Part shown: in pieces, positions 62,357-64,000 of the stretch
Layout: each line of letters begins with the position of its first letter
How positions within the stretch are numbered: the stretch's first letter is position 1
Made by a program: the position numbers and the translations under genes
IMG/VR virus record: IMGVR_UViG_3300037113_000024
Span: 685 to 64,684 of that record
DNA length: 64,000 nucleotides
Reading direction: 5' to 3' (one strand)
Origin: a virus
Lineage: Duplodnaviria > Caudoviricetes
Notes under the pieces: model-generated
The model's input: only the letters and a program-made list of their open reading frames with translations
What the model was told of the DNA's origin: nothing
The model's database searches: none

Positions 62357-63223
62357 ATGCAGATTGATCTCGCCTCGCGCATGATGCTCGTCAACGTCTC
62401 GATCTCTGTGTGGGAGGGGCGCAAGCTGGACAAGCGCATCACCCGCAAGACCATCGCTGACAACCACGTCAACGACGAGAAGGGGCTGCGCGTCAACAAG
62501 CTGCTCATCGACAGCGACGCCTTCAAGGAGGTGCAGGCCACGTCGTCCGAGGTGCGTGACTTCGTGAAGACGAACACGCTGCCGTGGTACGACAAGGGCT
62601 ACCGCGCTCTGCTGCGCCAGCGCTATCAGGCGTTCGTGGAAAAGTTCCACATCAAGGAGCAGAACTGGTGGGCCGCTGTCGATCACTTCGTCCGCGTCAA
62701 GTATCCGGCTGAGGTGGCGAAGGCCAGCTTCCGACTAGTCGATGCGTTCGTGGAGAGCGACTACCCCGGCGTCAACGAACTGCGGGACCGCTTCAAGCTG
62801 ACGCTGGACATTGCGCCCATCGCCGGCGCGGATGACTTCCGCGTCAAGCTGGACGAGGCCACCGTCACAGACATACAGGACAAGATCAGGGCGGCGACCG
62901 AGCAGCGCGTGCACGACGCCATGGTGGATGTGTGGGAGCGCGTCGAGAAAGCGGTGCAGCACTTCGCCGCCCGCACCGGCCCCGACATTGAGCGCTTCCA
63001 TGCCACCACCGTGACGAACATGGTGGAGTTGGTTGACCTGCTGCCGGCGCTCAACCTGACCAACGATCCCAAGCTGAAGGAGATGGCGACCAAGCTGCGC
63101 AGCACGCTGTGCACCTACGACCCGAAGGACCTGAAGAAGGACCTGTCCGTCCGCAAGGCGGCCAACCAAGACGCGGCCAAGATCATGGAAGACATGGAAT
63201 CCTTTATGCAGGCGTTCCGCTGA
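62357..63223 (+). CDS. DUF3150-like protein
   Basis: LVNVSISVWEGRKLD...NKLL...TLPW...DYP...LNLTNDP; usual partner of AAA/vWA genes. Confidence 0.75.
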   Translation: MQIDLASRMMLVNVSISVWEGRKLDKRITRKTIADNHVNDEKGLRVNKLLIDSDAFKEVQATSSEVRDFVKTNTLPWYDKGYRALLRQRYQAFVEKFHIKEQNWWAAVDHFVRVKYPAEVAKASFRLVDAFVESDYPGVNELRDRFKLTLDIAPIAGADDFRVKLDEATVTDIQDKIRAATEQRVHDAMVDVWERVEKAVQHFAARTGPDIERFHATTVTNMVELVDLLPALNLTNDPKLKEMATKLRSTLCTYDPKDLKKDLSVRKAANQDAAKIMEDMESFMQAFR

Positions 63224-63286
63224 CCCGACTTGACGTAACCTTGGGTGCGGGGCTACCCCGTACCCTCCACAACAAAACAGTAGTTT

Positions 63287-63303
63287 TGATACACGGAGTA
63301 CCA
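63287..63303. promoter_or_regulatory. Operator-like site 12 (overlaps the RBS)
   Basis: ttTGATACacggaGTACCAa. Confidence 0.8.
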
Positions 63304-63306
63304 AGT

Positions 63307-64000
63307 ATGCAACTTAGCGACGATAGCATCTGGCACTTATGTCACCCAGGCGTAGCGGACGGGCTCAAGGATCGTGACCGGCTGCGCGATCCGAGGACGG
63401 GCTACCCGCTGCCGATGATCACGCCGTTCCTTGAGAGCAAGTACATCGTCAACGGCAAGTCCGCCGGCCTCAGCGTGGCGTCCTACGACCTCAGGATCGC
63501 CCACGACCTGACCCTGGGACCGCACCCCGGCTATCGCCTACAGGCGGGCATCCGGCGCGCCCTGTTCGCGGTCAAGGCGGTGCGTGAGCGGCGCGCCGAG
63601 CGCTCGCGCAACGGCGAGACGGCCATGACCATCATCATGGAGGAACCGGACGACCTCGACATGATGCTGCCGGGGCTGTCGATGGCCATGGAGGACAGCC
63701 CGCCTCCGTTCGCCCTGGCGCACACCATTGAGAACTTCGCCATGCCCTTGGATGTGTCAGGGCAGATTTGTGATAAGAGCACCTATGCACGCATGGGGCT
63801 TTCGTGCTTCAACACCTTCTTCGATCCGGGGTTTATAGGGAACGGCACCCTCGAACTCGTGAACCTTTCGTCGGAAACGATAGTTATTAGGGCAGGCGAC
63901 CCGATCTGCCAAATAGTATTCAACAGGTTGGATAAGCCTGTAGCCCAGGGCTACACAGGGAAGTACCAGTATCAACCACAGCAGCCTGTGCCGGCGATTA
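63307..64000 (+). CDS. dcd: dCTP deaminase (runs off window end; absent from ORF track)
   Basis: Manual translation: MQLSD...GLSVASYDLR...FALAHTIE...DKSTYARMGL...DPGFIGNGTLELVN...GDPICQIVF...YTGKYQYQ. Confidence 0.88.
   Translation, partial: MQLSDDSIWHLCHPGVADGLKDRDRLRDPRTGYPLPMITPFLESKYIVNGKSAGLSVASYDLRIAHDLTLGPHPGYRLQAGIRRALFAVKAVRERRAERSRNGETAMTIIMEEPDDLDMMLPGLSMAMEDSPPPFALAHTIENFAMPLDVSGQICDKSTYARMGLSCFNTFFDPGFIGNGTLELVNLSSETIVIRAGDPICQIVFNRLDKPVAQGYTGKYQYQPQQPVPAI

Noticed and set aside
1-64000. tRNA genes, integrase/att site, CI-Cro switch
   Set aside because: None recognised in the window; the remainder of the genome is not visible

Overview
The window is most of a ~63% GC tailed-phage genome, probably podovirus-like with an N4-gp56-type major capsid but no phage RNA polymerase. 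An alphaproteobacterial host is inferred from a DUF3309-like gene, a GH108 lysin with C-terminal TM helices and TTGACG...GCTA promoters. There are three arms. (1) A + strand replication arm (1-15.1 kb): PolA, exonucleases, VRR-NUC, SNF2 helicase, primase/DUF927 helicase. (2) A - strand morphogenesis/lysis arm (15.2-50.35 kb). (3) A + strand early arm (50.8-64 kb): small unknown genes, an AAA/vWA/DUF3150-like module and a dCTP deaminase. I saw no integrase, CI-type repressor, tRNA or CRISPR. The main observations follow. (a) A 265-aa intein in PolA motif B carries an HNH-type endonuclease overprinted in a different reading frame. (b) The octamer CTTGGTTG/CAACCAAG occurs at least 41 times across the genome on both strands, regardless of gene orientation. 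(c) Twelve TGATAC-N5-GTATCA palindromes are confined to the early arm, and one directly precedes a ribbon-helix-helix gene. (d) A second, strand-specific early motif AAACAGTAGT occurs five times. (e) A small W-x3-D-x3-A-x-GW domain that I do not recognise has 5-6 paralogues. (f) A promoter followed by a terminator sits in front of the late arm, next to a 25-bp tandem array. All counts and protein family calls were made by eye and need computational confirmation.
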